Notes: generated by a model not told the origin, from the sequence alone. A DNA stretch of 64,000 nucleotides from Candidatus Bathyarchaeota archaeon (GCA_963775895.1 CAVZKL010000017.1:171497-235496); one strand, 5' to 3'. Counted from the stretch's first letter, positions 1 to 10,885 are shown. Numbers and translations: made by a program.

Positions 1-128
1 GTGTCGACTTTGACTTAGTCAAGTTAACGTGCACTTGATCCCGTGTTTTGACGACCACGTTGGCAAGCATCAACTATATCTGCATAAACCACAGAATCTA
101 TTGTTTGTCGTTATTGCCAGGTGAAAGA

Positions 129-1831
129 TTGAGGACGGGCGTCGAACCTCGAGAGGCAGGATTAATTCGTGAAGTCATGAGTTTCTGCAGTCATGCTGCC
201 AAACCCTGCCAGATCGTTGCTGCTTTGATCAGAAGTGACTATGCATCGATATACCCGACGGCTCGAACGGTCATGCAAGTTCTAGCCGTGATCCGAGATT
301 TTCAACCAAGACTAATGAACTACGTGAAGGTCATTGGAGGAGTGAACGTTTCAGTCTTGGGAGTAGACCAATGGGTCTTTGAAAGAGACATTGACAGGGG
401 ATTCCTAGGAGAAGCCTTGGCTGGCGCTCTAGTTTTTCCTTATTCCACATTGATGAATGAAGGCTATTTTCGCCTGGAGGAGAAAAAACTAAAGAAACGG
501 CTGATAACGGAACTTCTCGAGAGTCTTATTCTTGATTTCCCTGAACTATCATATGATCTGCGCATCAAGCCCGAGTACTTCATGTACGAAACGATGCTTA
601 CGAGAGGGCGACTATTTCCTCCAACGTTGTACGCGCTTGCGGACTTGATGACTGACAGGCCGAGAAGATATCGAGTGTTCCCTGCGTGGTTTTCTTGAAG
701 CCGACGAAAGAACTCGAACAGAATGGAATACTCTACAAAACCGATGGTTATTTGAGAATCTCTAAAGAGTTTGTTGACCGTGTCCGTGCGCGAAAAATGC
801 GATTCATGGACCTCTTCAGAACAGGACAAAGAGCTTTGTTTACGGCTGCGCTGGGGCTTTTCCCGCAGATCTTTGATGCTATGTCCCGTAATCGCAACGA
901 GTTTCTGAAACTCCAGAAGGCTTTCTTGGACGAATCTAAGATCATGCAGAGCATCGAGGATCCAGAGAACTATGTGTATGTTCCCACATCGAGCGGGCTC
1001 GTCTCCCTTGCAAATAGAATGGACATTGAAGCATATGCAAGAAAAGAATTATCCACTGACAAAGATGCTCAGATCAAAATCAAGAGCATCGGAGGCATTC
1101 TGAACGACGTTTATTCGGTCGAGTTGCTAACGAAGGATCGCCATAGAAAGGTGATAGTGAAGAGATTTAGGGAGTGGGCAAATTTCAAGTGGTTCCCGCT
1201 TACACTATGGTCAGCTGGAACAAGAACATTCGCCATGGCGGGAATATCGAGATTGGAGAAAGAATGGGCTATTAACCGTCTGCTCGATTCTCACGGTTTT
1301 GCCGTTCCGAAATTGCTGCATATCAGCCCTGCAGAACGTCTTGTGGTCATGGAGTATGTCGAGGGCGAAAACCTGAGCAAAGTTGTCAGACGCGTTATGA
1401 GTGCAAGAAATGACGAGGATCTTAAGGTTGACTTCGAGATTATAAGGAGAGTCGGTGGAACGTTTGCTCGTGTTCATTCTTTGAACGTTGCTCTGGGAGA
1501 CACAAAACCAGAGAATGTGCTGGTGGGAAAGAACGGTGAAATTTGCCTGATGGATTTCGAACAGTCTAGCCGAAACGGTGATTTGGTATGGGATATCGCA
1601 GAGTTCATGTACTACTCTGGGCATTATGTGTCTCCGCTTCTTGACACAACGAAGATTCAAATGTTCGGTGAGACTTTCGTGAGAGGCTATTTGGAATCGG
1701 GTGGAAAAGCCAACATCGTCAGAAGTGCGGGTAGCCCCAAGTACACGAAGGTTTTCAGTGTTTTTACGTTTCCACACGTCATGTTCGTTCTTTCCAATAT
1801 TTGCAGAAAAGCGAAGGAGTTGAAGGCGTAG
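129..1831 (+). CDS. Kdo/RIO/Bud32-like atypical kinase with N-terminal nucleotidyltransferase-like region (frameshifted ~660-700)
   Basis: ORFs 48..698 and 686..1831 join via small indels. C-terminal kinase motifs VIVKRF, VMEYVEG, LGDTKPEN, LMDFE. Start codon approximate. Confidence 0.65.
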
Positions 1832-1833
1832 CG

Positions 1834-3172
1834 ATGGTACAGCTTGAGACACGTCTGACTTTCTACGGTGGCGTGAATGAAATTGGTGGAAACAAAATAC
1901 TCCTGAAAGACGGCGATACCAAGATCTTCTTCGATTTTGGCATGTCATTCGGAATGAAAAGACTGTTCTACTCGCCTCCCTTTCTTTCGCCGAAGAGCGA
2001 AAAAAGTCTTCAGGAATTCGGCATTCTACCAAGACTGGACGGGGTTTACAGATTTGATGAGAAACAACCAGATGTTGATGCGATCTTCATCTCTCACGGG
2101 CATTTGGACCATTGTGCCTACCTCTCCTTTGTAAAACGCGAAATTCCAATATATTGCGGCCAAACTACCAACATCATTCTCCAGTCATTGGGAGACATAA
2201 GACGGACGGACCTAGAATTCGACGTGCGAGGGCTGAATTTCAACACATTCAGAACTGGAGAAAAAATACGCTGCGGCAATTTGGAAATCGAGCCAATTCA
2301 CGTAGACCACTCAGTTCCCGGCGCGTATGGTTTTGTCGTCCATACTTCGAATGGATCGCTGGCTTACACGGGCGACTTCAGGCATCACGGCGCAAAAAGC
2401 GAAATGACTGATGATTTCACTGAGAAAGCATGTGAATCCGAGGTCAGGACGATTATTACTGAAGCTACGAACATGACAGGCGCTTCAGTGTCTACTGAAC
2501 GCGAGGTAGAAAGCAAACTGGACGCCGTCGTTAGTAATTCAAAAGGGATTGTGCTTGCGGAGTTTGCTTACGCAGATGTTGATCGCTTCAACAGTTTCCT
2601 CCACGTAGCCAAAAAAAACAACCGATGTCTCGCGATTTCCCTCAGGCAAGCCTATCTGCTGGAAGCACTTCGTGCTGACAAGGGCCTGCGGCTTCCGAAC
2701 ATTAATGATGAGAGCATCTTGATTTTTCGAAAGTCGAAGACCAGCAGTTACAAATGGGAAAAACAGTTGGCTGATCGATACGCTGACAAGGTAAAAGGGG
2801 CGTTCGAACTCTCGAAGCAACAGGGCAATGTCATCTTGGCAATGTCTTTCTATGATCTTGAAGAGCTTGTTGAGATCCGACCGAACGCCGGGAAGCTGTT
2901 ATGTACTGTCCGCGTCCGAACCGTTCAATGAGGAAATGGAGATAGACTTCGAAAGATTGGTGAACTGGCTCGACCATTATGGACTTCCGCAGTATCACGT
3001 GCACGTTTCAGGACACATAATGCCCCTGCAGTTAAGGTCGGCTATTGAAAAAATCAATGCAAAAACTGTTTTTCCTGTTCACACTGAGAACGCGCAATTG
3101 TTCAATAGGTTCATGCAGGATTCAAAGAGGAAAGTGATCTTGACTGAGAAAGAAAAGGAATACAGGCTCTAG
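1834..3172 (+). CDS. MBL-fold metallo-hydrolase, RNase J/beta-CASP family (frameshift ~2892)
   Basis: GGVNEIGGN, FDFG, ISHGHLDH, VDHSVPGA, YTGDFR; C-terminal HVSGH and FPVHTE in ORF 2828..3172. Confidence 0.85.
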
Positions 3173-3259
3173 CCTATCAGAAGTGATTGCTCCGAGAGTC
3201 GAGTTGATGGACAAAGGGTTTTATGGCTAGAAGAGCACAATATAACAAGAGTTGATAGA

Positions 3260-3499
3260 ATGCCGATGGCGTTTGTTCTCATCAACACTGAACTAGGAAC
3301 TGAAATGGACGTTCTGAAAAACGTGAGAAAAGTGAAGGGGGTCGAAGAAGCTTTCGCTGTCTATGGAACTTATGACATAGTCGTTCGTGTCAAGGCGGAC
3401 ACGATGGAACGCCTCAAAGAAACCGTGTCAGCTCAAGTTAGAAAGGTTAACAATGTTAGAGCCACTTTGACGCTGATGTCTTCAGAGGATTCAAAGTAG
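3260..3499 (+). CDS. Lrp/AsnC ligand-binding (RAM) domain protein
   Basis: AFVLIN..., VEEAFAVYGTYDIVVRV, stand-alone 79 aa. Confidence 0.85.
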   Translation: MPMAFVLINTELGTEMDVLKNVRKVKGVEEAFAVYGTYDIVVRVKADTMERLKETVSAQVRKVNNVRATLTLMSSEDSK

Positions 3500-3553
3500 C
3501 ATCCAAATCCCATTTTTTGTCCTTTTGAAGGAAATATCTGTTAGAAGCGTCAT

Positions 3554-4745
3554 TCAATTTGAATAGACTCCGAAACGCCACGATTCTTCTTTCTCGTAAA
3601 GGCTCCTGAGCACATCAGTGGCTATTTGTCTATCGACTGTGAGAAGCAGTTTTGCGATGTGCTTGCACAGCCTTTTCGTTGAATTGATCTTCTTCCAATC
3701 AGCGCAGTCGTGAAGCATGAGATTTGTCTCCCATGTCTATTGTTATATGGTATTCTTTCAACGTCGCTTCGATCAGGTCCTGGGTTTGTTTCGTCACTCG
3801 TAACTCGATGTCTTCGATTTGTTCCGCTCGTTTCAACCGTTCTGGCGAAACAAAGTGGGCAATCAGGCTAGTGAAATCCATGTTTCTCGGAGGAACAAAA
3901 GCTTCGAGCGTGGAGCATGTCTGTTCCTCTTGCTTTTTGCGATAGTCTTCCAATCTCCTCTTTGCGTCCACTTGCTTCGGTTCGATCACTCCGAGAATCT
4001 CCATTATTTGCAGGCAGTTTTCAACGGCGTAACCGTGATAATGGTTGTTGAAGTAGCCATAGACCTTGTCAACTTTGTTTGCAACTTCGTTGACTTTTGG
4101 GGCCCACGGCTGTAATTCCTCTACACTGTACAGGTAGTTGTACCATGGTCCATTGCCGTGTCCGTGCCATCTAAAATAGGCAATGTTGGACGTGACGTGA
4201 ATTTCTGGGGGAAGCAGTGGTTCGTCGACTATCGCGTAGGCCACCCTGTATTTTTCAAGAAGCGCCCACGTCTCGTTCTTCAGCCACGAAGGGTGACGAA
4301 ACTCAACCGCAAATCTGATGTGGGTTGGGAGGAGCTTGAAGAAGTCTTCCATTTGTTTGGGTCTGTAGTCGAATCTTGGAGGAAGCTGGATCAGTATACA
4401 GCCTAGTTTCCCGCTTAGAAAGAGAGGCTCCATCAGTTCCGTGAACTTCTCCAAATCCTTTTCTATTCCCTCTGCTAGATTCAGCTTTTTTTCATGAGTG
4501 ATCAGCCCAGGCAGTTTTGCCGTGTACACGAAACTCTCAGGTGAGTACCGGGCCCAACCCATGACTGTACCCTTGTTTGGATAGCGGTAGAAAGTGGAGT
4601 CTATCTCAACGCTTTTGAAAACGTTTGAATACGCTCTGAGCATACTTTTGTCCGACTTTGAATAGAATGGACCTATCCACTCTTTGTAGCTCCAGCCAGA
4701 AGTTCCCAGAAGTACCTTGTCGGAAGCTTTAATCACTTTAATCAC
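3554..4745 (-). CDS. DUF72 protein with C-terminal SWIM-type Zn finger (frameshift ~3725)
   Basis: LGTSGWSY, VEIDSTFYRYP, LIQLPP, AVEFRH, YFRWHG, YFNNH. After the frameshift the frame reads HDCADW...LCKHIAK to a TGA at 3554-3556. Confidence 0.75.
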
Positions 4746-5678
4746 TCTATTATTGATTTCATTTTTTCTGCGACTTCTGATAGAGCTATCGTAGGTTCCT
4801 TCGGGGATTTTCCTCAAACATTCCGCCACATGAATTCTCTCAGTCTTGCTCAGATCGAATAGTTTCCATCCTTGACTGTGTATTAGCTGCTGTTTCGTCG
4901 CAGGGAAGCATGCGTCTTCTCTTAGCACCTCTTCTAATGAGGCGATTCCAGTTGAATTTGTTATCGATGGGAACTTGCCAGTTTGTTTGTAGGACTTCAA
5001 CCTGACAGCGTCTTTGTACATTCTTACAAAGTGAAAGCTCATGACTATCTTCTTGGATCTGCTACTGGTCGCCTTTCTATCTATTTCTACTAATTCCCCG
5101 TCAGTTGGTTGGTAAACGTTGTGTTCACCCTTGCCGAACAGCCTTGTGTACAGTACGTCTGAATCGTAAGCTGGGGTCTCGCCTTTCGAAAGGTCAACCG
5201 AGTGAATGATGTTAAAGTCCTGCATCACCTTGAGAAGTCCGCTAGGCAGATCGGCGCTTGGAGTTCTTCTGATTTCGAGCGCCAGTCTCAGACTTCCCAG
5301 ATTCAGCGAACGCAGGGTTTGGCGAACGTTTTCAATCGTTGTTTCATTTAGTTCAAATGCTGGAGGTGCTTGAAGATGAAGGATTTCAGCGTTCAGCACA
5401 TTGCAAATCCGTTTCATCTTCTCAAAGGATTCGAAAACCTCCTTTTCAGGCTTGAGTCTGTGCTTATGCGTAATCGATCTGTGTGCTCTGACCGAAAATT
5501 GAAAGTCGGTGAGTACCATTTTTCGCCAGCTCTCTGCTTCAGCAAGAGGAGGGATTTGATAGAAGGTCGAGTTGACCTCCACAAAATTGAAAACTTTCGA
5601 ATACGCTACTAACGACTTTAATTTCGGAACTTGAAAGTACGCCCACCCGCCAGCTCCAATGAGGTATTCTGTCAACAA
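4742..5678 (-). CDS. DUF72 protein (second paralog) with small C-terminal helical domain
   Basis: IGAGGWAY, VEVNSTFYQIP, LHLQAP, ALEIR, YTRLFG. The apparent fusion to the next gene disappears with a 1-nt correction (GTGA stop/start overlap at 4742-4745). Confidence 0.7.
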
Positions 5679-5826
5679 ACGTCTCCTTGTAATTATAGTT
5701 CATTGACAGTCTCAAAAACCTTGGGATTGGGCGATCGCGGTGAGTGTTTAGCCTTGATACTGATCTCGGATTATTATGCGATGTAGAGTGCGATGATTCA
5801 GAATGTATAATTGGTAGTATGGACTC

Positions 5827-6084
5827 ATGCTACTCACGATAGCGATGACGACGACTACGCGACAGGATCGCCGAACGCAGGTGCTTTTTCACACTCTTGG
5901 TCTCAGTTGTATAGGCGGCGCAATATTTCTGCAGATTTTGGTTTTCACTGACATACTCACTAATGGCTATTTTATGGCGGTGGAACACAACTTCGTAATT
6001 TTGACTTTTGAAGTGCTTCTGACGGTCTTCTCGTTCATCTATTTTATTTATATGTATCAGCGCTTCATTCGGTCCATAAGATAA
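5827..6084 (+). CDS. Small membrane protein (2 TM)
   Basis: Two hydrophobic stretches, clean ORF. Confidence 0.6.
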   Translation: MLLTIAMTTTTRQDRRTQVLFHTLGLSCIGGAIFLQILVFTDILTNGYFMAVEHNFVILTFEVLLTVFSFIYFIYMYQRFIRSIR

Positions 6085-6199
6085 ATCAAAGTGTTGATTC
6101 TTTTTGATGACTGTTTTCAGATTTTGTTACGATCGATGGAAAATGTTAAATAACGTTTCCGCAGAACACGGTCAGTAGTCGCTCTCTGATGGTGAAGTA

Positions 6200-6937
6200 A
6201 TGAGGGCTTTCCGCTTGATTAGACTATTGCTGCTCGTATTGCCTCTGACTTTAGTTTTGCTCAACTCCGCGAGTGTACTTGCCGCGGAGGAGAAAATGAA
6301 GAGTTTTTTCAATTCTGAGATGACTGGAGTCACGATTGGGGTCAAGGCAACGCAACTCGTCGAACCGGGGCAAAGCGTGACTGTAGTTATGACTGTGAAT
6401 ACAACTTTCCACGTACATATTGAGCGAATCGGTCTGGAGATATTCGGCTTTGTAAACGGCACGGACCAGCTTTCAATAGGAAACATGTCCGATGGCGACT
6501 TTGACCTGAACGACACTCTGAAAGAGTACGTTATCACAACCACTGTTCCAAACAATGTGTGGGGTTCCACCTACGGAGAGATAAGATTAACCTACTCAGT
6601 CAACATGGGTGGGGCTATACTCCAATTTCCGAATATCATCAACGGTTTTCCATTAACCCCCGTGGAAAACACATTAGTCAAGAGCCTTGAAGAACAGATC
6701 AAGAGCTTGAATGAGAGCTATAGCCAATTGTCCCAAATGTATGCGAACTTGACCAACGCGTTCGTCAACCTGAACCAAAGCTACTGGAATCTACAAGGAA
6801 ATTATACTTCTGCACAAAACAGCCTAGGGGAACTGGACAACACCCGGCGTCTATCGACGATCTTGGCGATAACTACAGTTTTCTTCTTAGCTACAACGGT
6901 CTATATCGTAGTGAGAAGACCAAGAGATTACTGGTAA
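6200..6937 (+). CDS. Secreted, C-terminally membrane-anchored protein with coiled-coil stalk
   Basis: Signal peptide, beta-rich domain, heptad-like N/S/Q/L-rich segment, TM followed by RRPRDYW. Confidence 0.7.
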   Translation: MRAFRLIRLLLLVLPLTLVLLNSASVLAAEEKMKSFFNSEMTGVTIGVKATQLVEPGQSVTVVMTVNTTFHVHIERIGLEIFGFVNGTDQLSIGNMSDGDFDLNDTLKEYVITTTVPNNVWGSTYGEIRLTYSVNMGGAILQFPNIINGFPLTPVENTLVKSLEEQIKSLNESYSQLSQMYANLTNAFVNLNQSYWNLQGNYTSAQNSLGELDNTRRLSTILAITTVFFLATTVYIVVRRPRDYW

Positions 6938-7002
6938 ATCGTGCTTTGCAGCAGAACAGTCTAGCACGTTTCAATATTGAAAAATTCGCTTGAATCCGTT
7001 CC

Positions 7003-8296
7003 CTACTTCTCGTGAAGTTTCTGAGCTGCGACGAAGGCTAGTCCATTTTTCGTGAGAGCTTCCGCGGTTCTGTTCACAGCATCGTGTTTGTCAAGGTAGT
7101 TCAATAGCAGCTGCGGCATCAGTCCTTCCATCGAGAATATCTTTTTTGGGCCTGAAGTAGTCGAGGATATCCGATGCATGCTTTCTCTTGACTTCGGTTG
7201 CTGGAAGCCCACCTTCATGTTTTGCGCCGATGTTTCTGACATGGTCTGCAAGTTCGAGAAGTTCGCTAGTTCGGTCGTAAGGCTCTCGGACTATGCTCTT
7301 GTACGCTTCCGTTATGTGATGCTCGATGCGAACTACGTTTTCAAAGTCAAAGAAGTCTCTCACGTAAGCAGCAAGTTCTATCGTCTGATTATTAACGGAG
7401 TTGGAAAGGTTGAAGCCGATAAGGGGCGTCGACCCATCTTCCCTGCTGAAGAGTTTCGCCGTCAATAACGTCCAGAGTATAGAGTACGGGTTGTCAATTC
7501 CCAGAAACACCGATATCTTGAATTCAATGTCGATGCCTAGCTTACGTAGCCAATATCCGAGCAAAACGGTTCCAGCGTTCGTGTTTAGTACTTGCGTGAC
7601 CCCGTACTCAGTGTAGTAGTGCAGGAACTCGTCGACCCATTTCAACGAATACTCGTTCGGTGCTCCTACACCTCCGAAGTAGCCTGTTATCGTTTCGGGT
7701 CCACCCAGGTGAACATTTATTGGTTTGCCATCCGGCCCCGATAGGGTTCCCTTCGTGTCCAAAGTCTGCACGTAAGAAGCTCCGATGATCTGCATTGACG
7801 CGGCGAAAGCAAGAATGTCGCCGTCTTCCACCTGTTCCTTCATTGAGCGTACGCGAATGTACCGACCGGGCATCAGTTCCTGTTTTTTGATGGCTTGCTT
7901 CGCTTCCTCGATGAGCCATGGGAAAAAGTTGAGGGCGCTGATTTCCAGGGTGACGGGAAAAGATTCGTCAAACTTCATCGATTCCGCTTTTTTTCCGAGG
8001 ATCTTCTTTCTGTAATCGTGTATACTAATAAAAGCTTCTTTGTCGCGTTGATTGCTGAGCCATTCAAGATCCTTTGTGAATGATGATTTCTTTTTCTTGA
8101 GCCTGTTCATCAGGTTGTCAATCTTGCGAGCGTCTTCGGCTTTCTTGTTAATCTCTTTGACGCCGCCATACTTGTCGATGATTTCGAGCAGTCCGTTAAC
8201 GAGGGGATTGTCCTTTTTCAGCAAGAACTTGTTAATTTCATCGAGATTTTGGTGGTCTATGCGTAGTTTGTCCCTAAGGTTAATCAAGATATTCAT
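7003..8296 (-). CDS. Uncharacterised ~430 aa cytoplasmic protein (frameshift ~7135)
   Basis: ORF 7091..8296 continues in the 7003..7251 frame (EGLMPQLLLNYLDKHDAVN...). Enzyme-like motifs (TLDTKGT, NVHLGGPETITGYFGG, RIEHH, KHEGG); family not recognised. Confidence 0.7.
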
Positions 8297-8426
8297 CCTC
8301 TCTGTTGCGATAACCTGTTCACAGCTTATTGTTTATAGTATTTTCGGAAAGAACGAATTCGATTGTTTTTTCGACAAAAATGAACTTAAATAATATAAGA
8401 CCGATGAACGTCTAAGAGGTCGTGGA

Positions 8427-9911
8427 TTGCTTATGTTCAAGCCTGAAGGAATTTTCCCCGCTTTGGTGACACCGTTTACCGATGATGGAAGTGGCGTTGA
8501 TGAACAAAGGCTGCGAGCGCTAGTTGACCATTGCATCGAGATGGGGGTTCACGGAGTCGTTCCATGTGGAACGACCGGCGAGTCTGTTAATTTGACGGTC
8601 GAAGAGAAGAAACGGGTCATCAGGATCGTGGTTGATGAGGTCAACGGAAAGGTTCCGGTCATAGCTGGGACAGGTTCCAGCGGGACGGACCAGACTGTTG
8701 AAATGACGAAGTATGCCAAGGACGCTGGAGTGACGGCTGCTTTGATCGTCACGCCTTATTACTTGAAGCCTGCGGACCGCGGAATTTACGAACACTACAG
8801 CACCATAGCGAGTGAAGTTGACTTGCCGATAATATTGTACAACATTCCGCAGTGCACGGGGTTGGATTTGCCTTGGCAGATGGTGGAAGACCTTGCCCAG
8901 ATACCGAACATCGTTGGTGTCAAAGACAGCAGTGGACAGTTGAAGTTCATACTGGCCGTTCTGGAAAAGGTCAGAGACAAGATAAATGTGCTTTGTGGAC
9001 ACGATGAAGTTGTGATGGCTGGTCTAGCTGCGGGTTGTTCTGGCGCCATACTTGCCAGTGCTAATGTGATCCCTGACGTTTGGGTTCAAATGTACAACCA
9101 TGTCAAAATGGGTGAGCTTCAGCAAGCTCGCGAGCTTCAGTACAAGATCCAAAAAATAGCCAGGATAATCGCCGGAAGCGGAGCGGTTGGAACAAAAGAG
9201 GCTTTGAACATGATGAAAATCAAGGTGGGGCCCGTCAGAAAACCTCTCAGTGTGGGTGGAGAGTTGACGTATGAATCAAGAGAGGAACTGCGTCTTGACC
9301 TGGAAAAGATCGGAAAGATAAAGCCTAGGGTAATATCCTTCGAGATGCCAGAGAAGCCGATCGAAGAACGGTTCGCGGCAGTCGAGATAACACCCGAGAT
9401 CATCAAGGACTGGAATTTGCGAGTCGGGGAAGCTTTGGCGGGACAGGGTGCAGAAGTGGCACACATCGATCTTCTGATCGGCAGAAAAGATGGTCCTGTT
9501 GCTGCGGCTCTTGCGACTGCGAAAGCGACGCCGGAATCGGGACACGAGCCTTTGCTTGCAATTCTGGAGCCTAATCTTTCCGTCAAGCCTGTGACTCTGA
9601 TCGTGCCAACTGTTACTATAACGAGTATGCGGCAGGCAAGTATGGTTTATGGTCCGGCGCAGACTGCGGTGGCAAAAGCCGTTGTTGACAGCGTTGCAGA
9701 TGGGACAATTCCCAAAGCCGCAGTAGACGAATTGGTGATAATCGCGAACGTGTTCGTTCATCCGACTGCGGTCGATAGACAGAGAGTCTACATCAACAAT
9801 TACAAGGCGATGCGACATGCTATTCGCAAAACTGTGGAAGGCAGACCGAGTATTGACGAGCTCATAGAGAACAAGGATCGTTCGAAGCATCCGTTTAAGT
9901 ATGGTCCGTAG
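8427..9911 (+). CDS. DapA/NAL-family class I aldolase fused to C-terminal formaldehyde-activating enzyme (Fae)
   Basis: N-terminal PALVTPF, GTTGE, VTPYY, LYNIPQCTG, GVKDSSG. C-terminal VGEAL..EVAHIDLLIG, PNL..KP, GPAQ..VA.AV.D, VFVH, NY.A, HPF. Single continuous ORF. Confidence 0.9.
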   Translation: MLMFKPEGIFPALVTPFTDDGSGVDEQRLRALVDHCIEMGVHGVVPCGTTGESVNLTVEEKKRVIRIVVDEVNGKVPVIAGTGSSGTDQTVEMTKYAKDAGVTAALIVTPYYLKPADRGIYEHYSTIASEVDLPIILYNIPQCTGLDLPWQMVEDLAQIPNIVGVKDSSGQLKFILAVLEKVRDKINVLCGHDEVVMAGLAAGCSGAILASANVIPDVWVQMYNHVKMGELQQARELQYKIQKIARIIAGSGAVGTKEALNMMKIKVGPVRKPLSVGGELTYESREELRLDLEKIGKIKPRVISFEMPEKPIEERFAAVEITPEIIKDWNLRVGEALAGQGAEVAHIDLLIGRKDGPVAAALATAKATPESGHEPLLAILEPNLSVKPVTLIVPTVTITSMRQASMVYGPAQTAVAKAVVDSVADGTIPKAAVDELVIIANVFVHPTAVDRQRVYINNYKAMRHAIRKTVEGRPSIDELIENKDRSKHPFKYGP

Positions 9912-10720
9912 TGAGCGCAGTGATAGACGACCTGATTGTCGAGGGGCAGTACGTACTTCTCGAATTGAGTCAGCGCAAGACCTACTTGGTCAAGGTTGAA
10001 AAGGGCAAGAGTTTTCACACGCACAAAGGGTTTGTGACGTTGGACAACTTGATTGGAAAAGCGTATGGCTCAACCATATCGAGTAGTCTGGGTTTCGAGT
10101 TTGTTGCTCTGAAACCCATGCTTCGTGATTACATTTTGAAGTGTGCGAGGCAGACGCAGATCATGTATCCCAAGGACATTGCTCTGATAGTTATGTTCAG
10201 TGGAATTGGACCTGGGAGTCGTGTGGTTGAAGCAGGAACTGGTACGGCAGCGATGACTACGGCCTTGGCGCATTATGTTAAGCCGAGTGGCAAGGTTTAC
10301 AGTTACGAGATCAGGGAAGAATTTCGGGTAACGGCTGAGAAGAATCTTGTCAGGGCTGGGTTGATTGATTTTGTGGAATTGAAGAACAAGGACGTAACGG
10401 CAGGAATAGATGAGGAAAAAGTGGACGCTGTGATTCTTGACCTCGCTGTTCCATGGCTGGTGGTTCCACGTGCATACGATGCTCTGAAAGCCAGCGGGAC
10501 GATAGTCTCGTTCAGTCCAACGATAGATCAGGTTGTGAGAACCGTTGACGCGCTCAGGGAGAATAGCTTCACTGACATCGAGACCGTTGAATGTTTGATG
10601 CGGGGTATGCAGGTGGAAATCGGAAGAACTCGTCCCCAGACACTGATGACCGGTCACTCAGGTTACATCACGAACGCGCGCAAGAAAGTCAGGACCGGTG
10701 CATCAGACGAGCCAGCGTAA
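9911..10720 (+). CDS. trmI: tRNA (adenine-57/58-N1)-methyltransferase
   Basis: FHTHKG, RQTQIMYPKD, VVEAGTG, YEIREEF, ILDL, FSPTIDQV, GHSGY. Confidence 0.92.
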   Translation: MSAVIDDLIVEGQYVLLELSQRKTYLVKVEKGKSFHTHKGFVTLDNLIGKAYGSTISSSLGFEFVALKPMLRDYILKCARQTQIMYPKDIALIVMFSGIGPGSRVVEAGTGTAAMTTALAHYVKPSGKVYSYEIREEFRVTAEKNLVRAGLIDFVELKNKDVTAGIDEEKVDAVILDLAVPWLVVPRAYDALKASGTIVSFSPTIDQVVRTVDALRENSFTDIETVECLMRGMQVEIGRTRPQTLMTGHSGYITNARKKVRTGASDEPA

Positions 10721-10851
10721 CTGGGTTCTAAATGTGAGTATTTGCATAGAGGATTCTTCTAGAAGCTTGTTTCAGAAACGATAAATCATCTGGTTCTGCG
10801 TATCATGATTCTGTAGAGAGAAATTCAGGAGTTGAAAGGAGAGGGGAGACG

Positions 10852-10885
10852 TGGATTGCGCATCCATTTAGGGGTGCGCGGTCCA
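10852..10885 (+). other. 14-bp stem-loop with 3 G-U pairs (candidate RNA structure)
   Basis: TGGATTGCGCATCC / GGGTGCGCGGTCCA pair fully on the + strand when G-U is allowed; loop ATTTAG. Confidence 0.55.

Noticed and set aside
3699-5678. 659-aa double-DUF72 fusion protein in the ORF track
   Set aside because: A 1-nt correction near 4785 gives ...SEVAEKMKSIIE* overlapping a GTG start, so two genes are more likely.
8427-9911. DapA-Fae fusion as an indel artefact, or as plain dapA
   Set aside because: The frame is continuous with a protein-like linker, and the DHDPS Arg138 equivalent is missing, so no dapA symbol was assigned.
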